A DNA stretch of 64,000 nucleotides from Paraphysomonas bandaiensis (lineage: Eukaryota; Protista; Chrysophyceae), in assembly GCA_965644295.1 (NCBI GenBank), contig CBFFRP010000578.1:7747-71746 (forward strand). The letters run 5' to 3'. Every line of letters begins with the position of its first letter. The stretch's first letter is position 1. Under the pieces are notes generated by a model. That model was given only the letters and a program-made list of their open reading frames with translations. It did no database searches and was not told where the DNA came from. Shown in pieces: positions 25,820-38,754 of the stretch. A program made the position numbers and the translations under genes.

Positions 25820-26412
25820 TAAAAGACTCCTTCGAGTTGATAGGTTTGAAATATATTATGTCACGCTACACTCTGATCGAGAAATGCAGCACTTTGCTTC
25901 TTTGACCAGAAATTAATTACACTTTCTTGTAATGTAGTGTAATTTTCGATATAGTAACTTCTTGCGAACGTTCTAGAAATTGTAATTTATAAGATAGTTT
26001 GTGGTAGTCGTCTTTAGCTGAACTGTCAAGCAATATTATTATGTATTATTAACATCGTTGGTAGACTGCATCTATAGCAGCTTGTCAGGACGAATGCAGT
26101 TATTACCTCGAACTTCGACATAGTGAAAAGCTATTCTTGGCCAAAATATAATTGACATTTACATACCAGGCACAATCGGTGTTAAAGCAAACGAACTTGT
26201 TACGTCAATACAGATTAGAACATTACGAGCTATCAGCGTAGCCAGATTTCAATGCTAGAATAGCTAGTACTTATCTATCATAGAGTATACCGAGAAGCAA
26301 TAACTAAAATACATACTACAGATAAACTTTTATTCTCACAAATTGTAGTCAAATAATTCTTTGACGGAAAGCACACGTAGTAGTAGGAACCATATCACAA
26401 GATATTGATGCG

Positions 26413-27570
26413 TTAGTTCAGCAGGACCACATATTGACGTTTATTTCGATCTTCGATTTTAAGACGGTCCGAATTGTTTCGGCAAAACGCAGAAAGTTTG
26501 CCAATTCGTCCTCTCATCTCAGGGTGCCAATTATAGAATTGATTCATGTTTGTGGTTAACGTTTCTCTCTTGGGCTGGGTGAGTAGCCACGAACAAAACG
26601 TGTCTATCACCTCAGTATCTCCTTGCTTTTTCACAATCTGCGGCTTTCCCTTTGAATTTGCCTTGCCAGAAGTCCGAAAACGAGGTGATAAAATATTGCA
26701 GCTAGAGCTGCTCATAGTATTTGGACTTTCTGTATCCTGCATGTCCTTAACTGCTTGGACGAAGACATCTTTTAGTTGTTTGTCGTCCGGAAACTTTGCC
26801 ATAGCATCCTTTAAGGTCTGAATTCCCTCTGCATTCTTCTTAAGTTTCATTTGAGCGGAGGCTGCACATAAATAATTATCTATTATATCAAAAGAAGAAG
26901 GATAGGCAGTAATAGGTATCGGGGAGAGAAAGAGGTTAGGGAAGGTAGTACGATGACAATGTATTTCATCACGTATGTGCTCACCTTTTCTGTAATAGCC
27001 TTTTGCCCAGTTTGGAGCCAGAGTAATACAACATTCAGCATCACGCAATGCTGAAGTAGAATCCCCTTTCATAAGATTGGCATATGATCTGTTCGAAAGC
27101 ATACGCTCTAGACTCGAAACTTCAACAATGGCATCAATAGCAATAGAATAGTTCATGATGGCCATGTCAAATTTTCTTTCTTTAACATTAGTATCTCCAT
27201 CCTTTTTCATCTATATAACAAGATTGTATATTGTTAGATTGAAAACATATCGTGCAAACATATATACCATTGAAGCGGAAGCCACACTTTCAGCGAATGT
27301 CAAGTCCTCATTACTCTCACACTTCATCTCACTCTCAATGACTGGGCTGCTTTCCTCAGTTATGTCAACGAGATCTTGCAAGTAATCAGAAACAGTTTGT
27401 TTCTCTTTGATTTGACCATATCCGAAATCTCCCTTTATAGTATAGAAAGGTTCGCCATCCATCAGATGAGCATCAATAACAGTGACGATCTTGTTCATAT
27501 TGTCTTTGGTATAACGAACTTCCTCCCCTACTTTGAAAGGATAAGAGTATTCTTCACTTGGTTGTGTCAT
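26413..27570 (-). CDS. TPR-domain protein, multi-exon
   Basis: LSNRSYA...ALRDAECCITLAPNWAKGYYRKG (STI1-type TPR). Introns near 27216-27266 and 26864-26984. Confidence 0.8.
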
Positions 27571-28510
27571 TGTTGCAATTATTATCAATCAAATTATATG
27601 AATTGTTGTGAAATTATGAATAGATCTCATAAACATACTCTGACCATGTCCCTCGTTTGGATACTGTCCACCAAATGGATACTGCTGGATCAGCAAGATA
27701 TACAGCAGTGCATACAAAAATAGGCAGTTTGTTTTCTCAAACACTAATTTATAGAGACAGAAATTAAGTTTTTGAATAAAAAACCATTTTTTGTACTTAA
27801 AAGTTGGAAGTTATATGACGTTGTGTGCGTTGGAATGTCCACATAAACACCTCAATGAGTATCGGCATCCTTCGTATATTTTTGTTCAAAGATGGCTCTA
27901 ATATTGAGACAACAATTATCTGTATTCTAGCCGTAGTTGTATTGCAGTAATATAGACGCTATTTGCTTCAATTTATTCCCGAAAAATAAGATGCAGACTG
28001 CCGATACAGAATCATATGCATGCTGTGATGTTATTAAATGAATCGGTAGAGAATAGCAAGAATATCGTCTCCTGATAACGAATACAGAAACTTAAAAGTG
28101 GCATGGGATTTACATCTTTATCAAGTACATATCTATGTCTCGGTGTCACACAGCCACTGCCACATTGAGAGCTCATGAGCGATTCATTGATAATATTCAC
28201 GATGATAACAGTGTAATTCGGTCATATAAGGGCAACTTGTTATAATGACTTGCTCAGTATCAGTTTATATGAGTGCGTGAGGTTTTATCACCTGAGAATT
28301 GGCACACTTTTAGCGATGGACACTGTGGTTTTCTGTATTTGAGGATAAGCGTTCAGTTGTAACAACGTTCAATCCCTACTATGTAGTTATATTATGCAAC
28401 TGGAGGATCCCGCTTGAGTAAGCAAAAGATATACATGACGCAGATAAGTACATATAGAGTGCTCATGTAGTGGAATACACTTAGCGCATTTCATTGAAAC
28501 TGTACCTGTA

Positions 28511-29026
28511 TATATATTGAAAGTATATTGAAAGTCTTATTATTAGCAATAGGCGTTAAAAACCTGCACCAATTTAGTAGCTAGATGAATGCCAGACAAA
28601 CTAGTTAGACCTCTACCTGTAACTAATCAGTACATACTTTTTTATCATACTATTTAACGCTACGGAAGCTGCTTGTGCGTCGCCGCAAGCACCAAGGTGC
28701 GACCACTTCCGCTCTTAAGGTGAACATCCCGGATGCTTGACTTCAGCAGGCAGCCCAATACCCCGGTTACCCTTCAGGTGGGCCCTGTCCCGGATGCCCT
28801 TGAGGTGGGCCCATTCCCGGATGCCTGTTTATTCGTCAGGGCCCAAAGACGTCTACACAAGTGACAATTGGTGTACCTTGTACCACACAAGCATTCGGCT
28901 ATGAGTGGGCAGAAGAATAATATCTGCTGACTATGTTTGCGGCTCACGTTAGTTTTTTAGAGAGAATCTCTCCGGTACTTATCCCCCAGAACACCACGAA
29001 AAGGTGCGAGTCCGACTTTGTTGAGG
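28511..29026 (-). mobile_element. 516-bp insertion of the same 3'-tail family (5'-truncated LINE or SINE-like)
   Basis: 15-bp TSD GAAACTGTACCTGTA (28496-28510 and 29027-29041). Positions 28511-28720 match the tail of copies A and B; the remainder is different. Confidence 0.88.
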
Positions 29027-29467
29027 GAAACTGTACCTGTAGTCACCATAACTGTATAACTATATAGCACTTTATCAAATATAAGTGTTAGATATTCCAA
29101 CCCTTGTTAAAACGCGTGGGGTTTCCATTTCCACACGTAAATACTACTTATTAGAAAGTAAGAAATTCGGGCGATTTTCAGGGGGTCGTGTTAGCCCTTG
29201 CCCCTTGCTTCTCGTTGCCACGTATGGTTAGTTAAGGATAGTGCAGTGGCCCGTCTTAACTAGCTAGACAGTGGCTTAGCATTTTCCCCTTTTATGTTTG
29301 GATCATGTAAGTATTGTGTATACGTAATTCGGGTAAGATCGGCACTGCAAAACAGACAACAGTAATACCCCGGGATTCTAACAAAAATGCAAGCATTGTT
29401 TAGCTAATTAGCGCAATCACCACACTTGTGTACGTCCTCGGAACAGAACACTAATAACACAAAAGCT

Positions 29468-31434
29468 CTACGTCGAAATAATATGAATTTTTCTATACAT
29501 AGGAATTCTAAGAAATGCAAATACAATTGTGAGTGTATCTTCTGGTAAAACTGTTTTAACGCCTCCTTTTTTCAAGCATAACAAAAATGAAATCTTTTTT
29601 TCAAGTGGCCATGGAGCAGTGTACAAAAGTTTCGAACTCGAGCTTAACGCACATTCTTCGGGGACTTCATACGTATCATCAACTAAATCGGATTTCCTAA
29701 TCTCAAAATGCGTGACAAAATTATCGTTCTCCAGTGCCTTAAGGACAGCTTCGAATCCCAAGACTCCGATATGGTTTCCTGACAACTTCAATATACGTAA
29801 TGGATGGAAGTGCCGTTCCTGCACAAATCAAACAGATCATTTTCCTTTAACATGATATCAATCATACTCACCGCAATGACTTGACTAAGAATACTTGCGC
29901 CTCTATGTCCCACACGATTGTTTTCTAATTCCAGCACTGATATCGGAGGAATAACTCTCATATAGGGGGGACCATGTACTACTGTAAGCCCACGCCTCAT
30001 ATCATCTCCACTTGATCTAAAGTGCGACTGCTCGCGCTGCCAGAGTCCAGTACTGATATCCACAAGAGGGTGAGCACACGGAGTGTTACGCGCCCAATTC
30101 ATATTCAACACAAGAAACAGTGCTTCCATTGATATTCCCTCCACTCCTAACAATACACAAGTATAGTCATGCACGTATAGTATATGACAGATAAATCTCC
30201 TGACCACAATTATTCATGGAAAGCTTCTGCAGAGATTGGGCGCATCGTAACATAGCAGACAGTTTTATCACTTCCCCATGTCCCATTCTGCGACATGTGA
30301 GAACAACTTCCGACACAGTGGTCATGAACGCACCTACATCCGGAAAGATCAAGGACGCTCAAACCTACATCATGGTGAAACAATGGGCGCAGAAGTTGAA
30401 TATCTGTAATGCGATGATATGCCATTTCTAGGCATACCATCTGCGGCCCACTTTCATGGATCTAAGTGTACGGATTTAACAAACTAGGTGACACAATCAA
30501 TGCAACATACTTGTGAACCATATGTAGCGGCCGCCTTACACATAGCCCAAACATCCTCCGAAGGCTGATACGTAGAGTCGCTTTCACACATATTTCCAGA
30601 TATTGGCTGCTTCATACCAACATTGAATGCAATAATATCATCATTTCCAATGGAGCAGTGGTTCAGACATAAGCTCTGCAATGATGACCACCGTACAATA
30701 AATCCCAACACAAACATAGTTTGAGTAGATAGATTGACTCGCTCCAAACTTAGTCTTCGAAGAGAAGAACATTCAAATATTGCAAGAATGCAACTTATTG
30801 CAACAGTCTCACACAGCGAATTACCAGAGATATCGAGAACTTCAAGTGAATTATGACCAATTAATGAACTAAATATATTCGACATTGGAGCTCCGCCCCA
30901 CAAGCCAAGCGCACATGATTTTAGAGACAACTCTGTTACGTGTCTACCTTGCGACGACAACCACGAGGACAATGCCTCAGCTGCTTCAGGGTGGATGGCA
31001 TTTTCGTCCAATTGTAAACATTTCAAATGTTCGAACTTTGTGCATATCGAAATAATCTTACTCGTATCTAAACGGCAACGTGATACATTTAACCCACATA
31101 GTTTAATGTGACTAGTAGTCTTTTGTAAAAATTGTTCAATATTAGATTTGCTGCTTCCCTGTAGACTCAAGTGCATATCGCACTGCTGGTCGCTCAGTTT
31201 ATCGACAAGTCTATTAAATTTATCGCCATATTTACAATATAACAGATTTAATTTTCTGACTATAACACCATGTGCTATGACATCATTAAATACTTGTATT
31301 AGATGATCGTCCTCTAGATTAGTCTGAGTGAGAGTGACGTCTATCACTGGTCGAGACAATACACAATAGGGTGAAGTAAAGCGTCTGAGATCATCAATAG
31401 ATGATACTATCTCCGGGTGATCGAGATATTCCAT
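29468..31434 (-). CDS. RNI-like leucine-rich repeat protein, multi-exon
   Basis: Repeated LxxLxLxxN/CxI units (LKCLQLDENAI, LEVLDISGNSL, LQSLCLNHCSI, LRILKLSGNHI). Confidence 0.85.
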
Positions 31435-32029
31435 TGTACTTTATCAAGACTCTGTTTATTAGATGGAGATATATAAGCACTGTCGACAGCAGTGTATCAT
31501 CGCATACAGTATCATATATATGGAAACATGACTGCTCCATCCTCCTGTATATATAGCTGAAGATACAGAACATAGAGCCTGTATTATTGTTGTATTCTGC
31601 AGTATATCACTGTATTACAACATGTACTGCTGTAATACATCCAATACGGTATTGCTATACAGAGCTCCTGTGGCACTTGTAAGGTGGCCAAGCACTGTAC
31701 ATTACGACTATATCCATATACCATTCTAAGTAACCCACAGTACTCACATCTCCTCTAAACAAATGCCTGTATAGGGCCCTCTGACTAGAAGGTTGAAGGT
31801 AACCGTTACATAGAGCGATATGATAGTGTTCTTTCATGTGATTCACAATATCATGATGAGGAGTTTGGGTTGAAGAGTCAGTATCGATTTTAATACACTG
31901 GAATGTCACACCTGTGAATGACCACACCTGATCTCACCTGACCTCACCTGGCCTCACAAGACCTCTCTACGGGGGAGTGTAGCGACCTTTTGGTGACATA
32001 CGGGGATGCATACTCACCTCGCTAATGAT

Positions 32030-32370
32030 GTGCAGCAGTTGTGACAAAGAAGTCCGACCTCTCGTACTAGCAGGCAGTGGCGGTGTGCCCAGCCCAGGCG
32101 AGAAATATAGCCCGCAAGTTCTTGAGTAACATAAGGGAGTGCGTAGAGAAAGAGGTCTTCCCATCATACAGGCCAGACCTGGGGGACGTCGAAAACTGGG
32201 ACGAGATAGGACTTGACCTCAGAGGTGCACCCACCAGGGACGGCAGGAAAGGTGTTTCTCTGTGTAGTATGCACCCTTCAGCTGTCGCTTCTGTATGGAA
32301 TTCACCGAAAGACAAGAGCTATCATCATTTACTGAAGTGGTGCGTCGATGGGTGACTTACACCTCAACCA
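32030..32370 (+). mobile_element. Possible decayed pogo/Tigger-type DDE transposase fragment
   Basis: VENWDEIGL resembles the first catalytic motif (I.N.DETG), and CVDG follows. In-frame stops flank it. Confidence 0.35.
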
Positions 32371-33390
32371 TGACCCACATTTTATGTGTGGGATATACTG
32401 ACTGGAATACTTTGACAGTATTAGGCTTTGCACCACCCTGTTATCTGTTATTATGGTGAACTGTGCCTCGGTTTTAGTAAAAGGTGTAATTGAAACCACC
32501 TAAACTGTATACTTAGTCAGACTGAGAGATTGTGTAGGACTAAGATTCGAAGATGCTGTTTTCTATGAGAATATGGAGTGCTCAGCAAATATTTATTCAC
32601 ATGGTTCAATTTATTCGTTCCTTGTATCAATGGTGTATACTTACAGCAAAGTTGTACTCTATGGTATCACAGTGTTAATCAATTACCCGAGTTCATGCAC
32701 TAAATATTTCTTATTTAATACAGAGCGCTATAAATGCGTATTTTCTAGAAAATAAAGTAATGTCTCTTTATCGAATTCGAACAATGCTGCGGTCTTATAT
32801 CACGCTGTATACACAAATTCGAACAGAATTGTCGCGTGAGCGGGATACTACCACATTTATTCTCGCAAGAACTATGTTACTACTGTGTACTGTCAATGGC
32901 CAATAGACCACTGTAGACACCTAGTGCATATAATAACGTTAGAAATAGTGAGTCCATTCGTAAAAACCAAGAGACAACATATGTCTCAGGACTGGTACAC
33001 TATTCGGACAATAATTTTCGTGTAAACGTGTTATCAGAGGCCATATCTGTTTTGTGTTATTCTGTTTCTTTCTCCGTGTTTGACAAATTTGTGAATATTA
33101 AGCCACAAGTTAATAATAGAGGACATTCTACTCTCAGATCTTAGCTAGTATCACACATTACATATACAGCTAAACAGCTGAATAAATTTGGAATAAAAAA
33201 CGGAGGAGCACAGGGCACTAATATTATAAGAAACAATGGATCTTTCATTACGACACATAGTCAGACGATTGGCTACATACTAAATACTTCAAAGCACTTC
33301 TGACCAGGTGGTAATGCTATAGAAAAGATACCAAATTGAACTCTACATATTTACGGATTGTACATGCATATGAGCCTGTTTAGGAATCCA

Positions 33391-34127
33391 TTATTTCATC
33401 TTTCTCATTCTTCTCGGGGTAGGATCTGAAAACTGTCCAAACGTAAAAGCTAGAGTAACCGAAGCCAGTCCACTTAAAATACACGCTACCCCAAGAAACG
33501 TCCAACTCCTACCCGCAAAAACGTTTAAGGCCTACAAAGTTAAACATTATGGCAATCTGGCGATATATGTTCCCACCAACCTTGCTACCCCCGTCAATAA
33601 ACTTAGATATTTTAGAAACGCCTCTTCTGGCAGATGATCTCCCCATGTCTGAAGTAGATAAGAGAAGGGACTTTTGTATCTTGATTCTGCTTCCTTCCTC
33701 AGCAGGAATTTTGAATTTAATTTGAATGCCGTATCCATATTTACTTGATACTTTTCTTTTGACTCCTGAAGTAGATACCACTTTGCCATCGTTAATTCGT
33801 ACTAACTCAGCGTCAATCAAATCAGACCGTGCAAATGAGTGTGTTGTTTCAACAGCTTGAACATCTCTTACAGAAACATGACACATATCATCTGAGCATA
33901 TGACTGTGCTTTTTAGCGAACTATGTCTACAATGCAAATATCCGAGATACATGCAGACCAGAGACCCCACTACCCATAGTAAGGACAGGACCACCTTCAA
34001 TAATAGTGAATACAATCATCATTTTGTTATATGGTTTTACCTTCATATTAACCGTAGAAAAGTTCACACCATTTGCAGTTTTCTTCGATACACCATGCAA
34101 TGGCAGATCATCATTTCGACCGAACAT
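33391..34127 (-). CDS. Two-TM membrane protein of unknown function (about 3 exons)
   Basis: ATG at 34127, with short GT-AG introns joining N- and C-terminal hydrophobic segments. It ends FGQFSDPTPRRMRKMK*. Confidence 0.7.
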
Positions 34128-34643
34128 GGTTCACTACTTTAATTAGATATAACTACACTGCATAAACTGGAAACGTCTCTAGTGCTTATCGTTCAATCAA
34201 GTATAACAGTGATGAGTATTTAAACTACTGTGTGTATATATATAATACTCCTGATTTTTGTGGCCGTTGAAGCTCTTTGTATACCATAAATTGCTATACA
34301 GTATAGCAGCACAGTGTATTTATTGCATCATTGCCCGTCCACACATCAGAACCATCTAGATCAACCACTACAGAGTATACAGTATACACAGTATACAATA
34401 TGATAGCAGGTATATACGGTATTACGGTATGACGGTATTGTAGAGGAAGAACTACGTTCATATGCCATGCATCCATACTAGGCATACCCTCGTATACCGT
34501 ATATACCTTCCCATACACACTACTGTTGGGGGTTTCTTCAATATAGAGATGCACTGTATGTATACAACATCCGCCCATATAGAAACACAATCACAGCGAT
34601 TGATCTCATTGATTATTAACCCTTACAAATAATTGAATTAAAC

Positions 34644-35928
34644 ATGTCTGAAGTAATTGAAGGTAATGTTATTGTCTTGTCATATGACAAACTACTCGCT
34701 GGAGAGGATTTAACAGACGAGATAGGCCGAGCATTCGGCAGTGAGGGTCTAGGGATCCTTACAGTAGAAGGCATCCCTGGCTTACAAGAAGCAAGAAATA
34801 ATCTCCTTCCTTTAGCTCGTTCATTTGCTGAATTACCGGACAATATTAAAGAGAAGTACGTACATGCCGAGAGTTTCTATTCGTTTGGATGGAGTCACGG
34901 AAAGGTATGAGATTCGCTTTACATTATAACCATACAGTAATATTAATATAAGGAAAAACTAGACGGTGCTTATGATTTATCGAAAGGTTCTTATTATGCT
35001 AATCCTCAGTATGATCGACCTGTTGATGACGAAAGTTTAATTGCAAAGTATCCTGCATTTTTACATCCTAACATCTGGCCCCATGAGGACATGCCTGAAC
35101 TAGAAAATGCATTCAAGGCCCTTGGACAGCTAATTGTTAATGTTGGCAAACTTGTATCCACCCAATGTGACTTGTACATAAAGAAGCAGTGTGCAAGCTA
35201 TGCAGACAATCGACTTACCAAAATAATAGACAACTCCTTGTGTTGTAAAGCAAGATTGTTACACTACTTCGATGTCAATTCTGTAAACGCTACAACAGCA
35301 AGTCCTTTAAAGAAGTGTCGCACTGAAGAAAGTCAGGATTGTGGGACATCGACTGATAATCATGACCCTTTTTCGTCGTGGTGTGGCTGGCATAATGACC
35401 ATGGTTCTTTGACAGGACTTGTATCTGCGATGTTCATGGACGCCGATGGTAATGTGGTATCCAACACTGACCCCATGGCTGGTAATATTTGTATACTAGT
35501 TTATTAACTCTAATGTATTTCGAATAGGTCTATATATTAGAAACCGAAAGAGTGAAGTTGTGAAAGTTTCTATTCCTCAGAGTCACCTAGCATTCCAGAT
35601 TGGTGAAACTGCCCAGGTTCACTCAGGCGGTATATTACAGGTTAGTGACGGTATGTGCTGTAATAAAACTGCTAAGTAGTACTAGGCAACTCCTCATGCA
35701 GTGAGGGGAAGTACTGCGGCTGGAATAACGAGAGAGACTTTTGCGGTGTTCATGGAACCAGATTGGAATGAACCAATGACTTGCCCGGAAGGAATCGACC
35801 CGGACATGGCTCAGACACAGTCTGCTGCTGCCAACCTTCCGAGAGGTGTTCCGTCTCTAAAATCGAGATGGAATAACGAAATGGATTTCGGACAGTTCAC
35901 TTCAGCAACGTTGAATGCTTACTACTGA
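34644..35928 (+). CDS. 2-oxoglutarate/Fe(II) dioxygenase (IPNS/clavaminate synthase-like), 4 exons
   Basis: KARLLHYF, WCGWHNDHGSLTGL (HxD), QIGE, ATPHAV and RETFAVFMEP. Confidence 0.92.
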
Positions 35929-36649
35929 AGCCACAGTTATTTTAAGCCTTGTTGGAGCTCTGCCTCGTCCTAATCTCTTCAATAGGTTGAGAATGATTCG
36001 TCATATAGAGCAGAATCTATTATAATATAAGCACGATACGTATTTCAACTATATGCTCGTGGTATCCGTTAAAAAGTAATAACAGTCAAATACACCAAAA
36101 TATCCCCGAACTTACTTTTACTCAACTTTTCCACTAGTTCAAATGGAAAATTCTAAAATAGAAAACACTCAATACTTCCAGGCTTAAGCTTGTACATGTA
36201 AAAATGGAACAATTATTACAGTTTTTGGACTTATGAAATAAAATCAAAAATGCTGGTGGCTAATTGCGAAAAGCATTGCGGGAAAACATAACTTATGCAC
36301 ATTGGGAAACGCTCAAGTGCTGTGCTATTGACATCAGCCCTACGTGTTGAGAAACGCTCATTTTACACTAGATCACAGAGAGAATTTGTCGTAAGACTAG
36401 ATAGATTTATTAGTATCGTTTACACGAAGTTGTGATAACCAACACTAACTCATTATAATCCCTGCATAATATCCTACATATGCGAACCTCTCGTTACTGA
36501 ACATATCTTGAAAGGTCAACCTATTTCAGTTTCTCAATATCATCACAGCATTTGTACATCACTATATTTCACTGTATTCTCGTACATTGTCTTCAAGTGA
36601 CATACTGAATATACTAGAATAAGATCCATATTCTAATACTACGTTTAAA

Positions 36650-36960
36650 ATAACAGAACTTGACATTATTTGCTAAGGTTTGCTGTTCTCAATTTATACG
36701 ATTAAAATAATAAAATTACATGATAAAGAACCTAAGTTGATTCGGTGTGTTCAATGTTCAACACCAATCATTTACTTCTATAATATACGAACCACACACT
36801 CAGTAGCCGTATCCTGTACAGTCACCAACTTATACTTCAGTTTCATACCACAATATATAGAATACTAATTACATATAGATATACCTTTCGACCTTTCGAT
36901 CCTTGCATCTCACAAATAATACTGCACTCAATTGCAAGCAAATGAATCTTCAGACCTCAG
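36650..36960 (-). repeat. LTR-like dispersed repeat, uninterrupted copy
   Basis: Matches 10323-10347 joined to 12083-12348, with a single copy of the TSD sequence at 36661-36675. Confidence 0.85.
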
Positions 36961-38754
36961 CTTTGGTGTTGACGTGTTGACATTGGTCATTTCTGGATAG
37001 AAGGTCTTATAATGGTGCGATAGTTTGTCTAAGCACTGTACATCATGACAATGACAGCAAGTGTTTATCCCATATTATTGAAGGCGGAGTCGGAAAGTCA
37101 ACACACGCAGGTAGAGGTTGAAAGACAACAGACAGAGCAGCTCAAAATTCAACATGTTAATTCCAAATAAGATTATTTATAGCTAGTTTTAGTATTTAAT
37201 GAATGATACACCTCGTATTCCTAGCAAATAAAGATTGATTATAAACTTCTAATGAACAATAACGCCTAACAGTATAATAGCAAGACACTTTTGAACAGGG
37301 TGTTGTCACCACATATGTTTGCGTATCTTGTACAGTCGCGTGTCTTATATTGTCTGATAATTTTTCCGTCAATTGATATTCCATTGTATATATGTGTTGA
37401 ATTCACGCGTTGAGAGATATACGTGAATCAATGAATCTAAATAATTTCATGATTGCATTGCGATGCACCAATGTATATGTATACTACATGTCCATGTAAG
37501 CAAATATATGTATACAGCGCAATCAAATATAATGAAACGTATAAAGGAATGAGCAACGCATTTTTGAAAGGTATCCCTATGGTGGGTAATATACTTCAGT
37601 GCACAAGTCCAACCACATGTGATGGTAAACCCGTAAAGGATATACAGGCTAAACACACTCACCTATCACCAACAAGCACGTACATTATATTGTACATATA
37701 GGGAACTTAATGATAGCATATATCAACAGAGTCAGTATCGAGTCGTAAGGACTTATCAAACACAGTACAGGAGCCCGTAATTTCTATTTCAGTAGAGTGC
37801 GTATGGATGATGAATTCCTTTAGCAGTATATCCTCAACTAGCTTCAGAGCACACCCATCATGATGCACACAATATACCGAACGAGCTTTAAAAGAGACAA
37901 ATAGATGCAATAATCTATATGGATTTCATATATAAATAGCGTTTAAAGGTTTGTATTGTGATGAACAGGAAGAGAAAGCTTACTGCAATTATCCCAGCTT
38001 ACTATGATAACTGTTTGCTGCAATCTCGTATCATATCCACTCTGTACAGCAAAGCACTGCCCACCAGCACCATACTTCCACTTGGAAGATTAGGAGGGTC
38101 AAGCTAAAAATGAAATGTAATTGCACATGTCAACAATTTAAATGCGTGGCAATCGATATCATGAGAAATGTTGTGTGGACGAGACTGACGTCAACAAACT
38201 GTGTGATTTACTTCGAGGACATACATATGTATATGACCCACAAGCTTACATTAGAGGTCAGTATAAAGCAAGATAGAGTTGCACAGAAAATGTGGAACGA
38301 GTATATTTAATACCCCCGTTAGAGTAAATAGTAAAATGAACTGTTCTATCACTCAGCGATTGTAATATGTTAAACTTGTGAAAAAAGCTAAGAACTCCAT
38401 GAAAAAGCGATATTTATATTATTACTGAGTAGCTACAAGGAACGCACATCAATTATTTAATTGCAAAATATTTTGCAACAACATATTCCTCTTGCATCTA
38501 TTTAGCATCACCTCCACAACACCACATAAATAGATTAGCACTCCCTAAAATCTTCAGGTAATTACTAATCTCTTCATCAGGTTGGCAGTTCCAGAAACTT
38601 TATTAGCGGTCGATTATTACCACAAAAATCTTTAAGAACATGCACACAAATACATCATGACTTCTTTTAGATAATGCTGAAGCCAAACCCTAACCCTAAT
38701 CTCCAAAGGTAGAGATACTGCCCCCAAATACTGCTGCTAGAGCTATATTACCAT

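Noticed and set aside
19529-26248. AGCGTAGCCAGAT at about 19529 and 26236 as MITE ends
   Set aside because: Only a 13-bp direct match, with no partner inverted end or TSD found.
28960-29026. tRNA-derived SINE head
   Set aside because: No A/B boxes or cloverleaf were seen at the 5' end of the 516-bp or 498-bp inserts.
37196-38310. Several 60-80 aa ORFs
   Set aside because: AT-rich, with no motifs or splice-consistent gene structure; probably intergenic.
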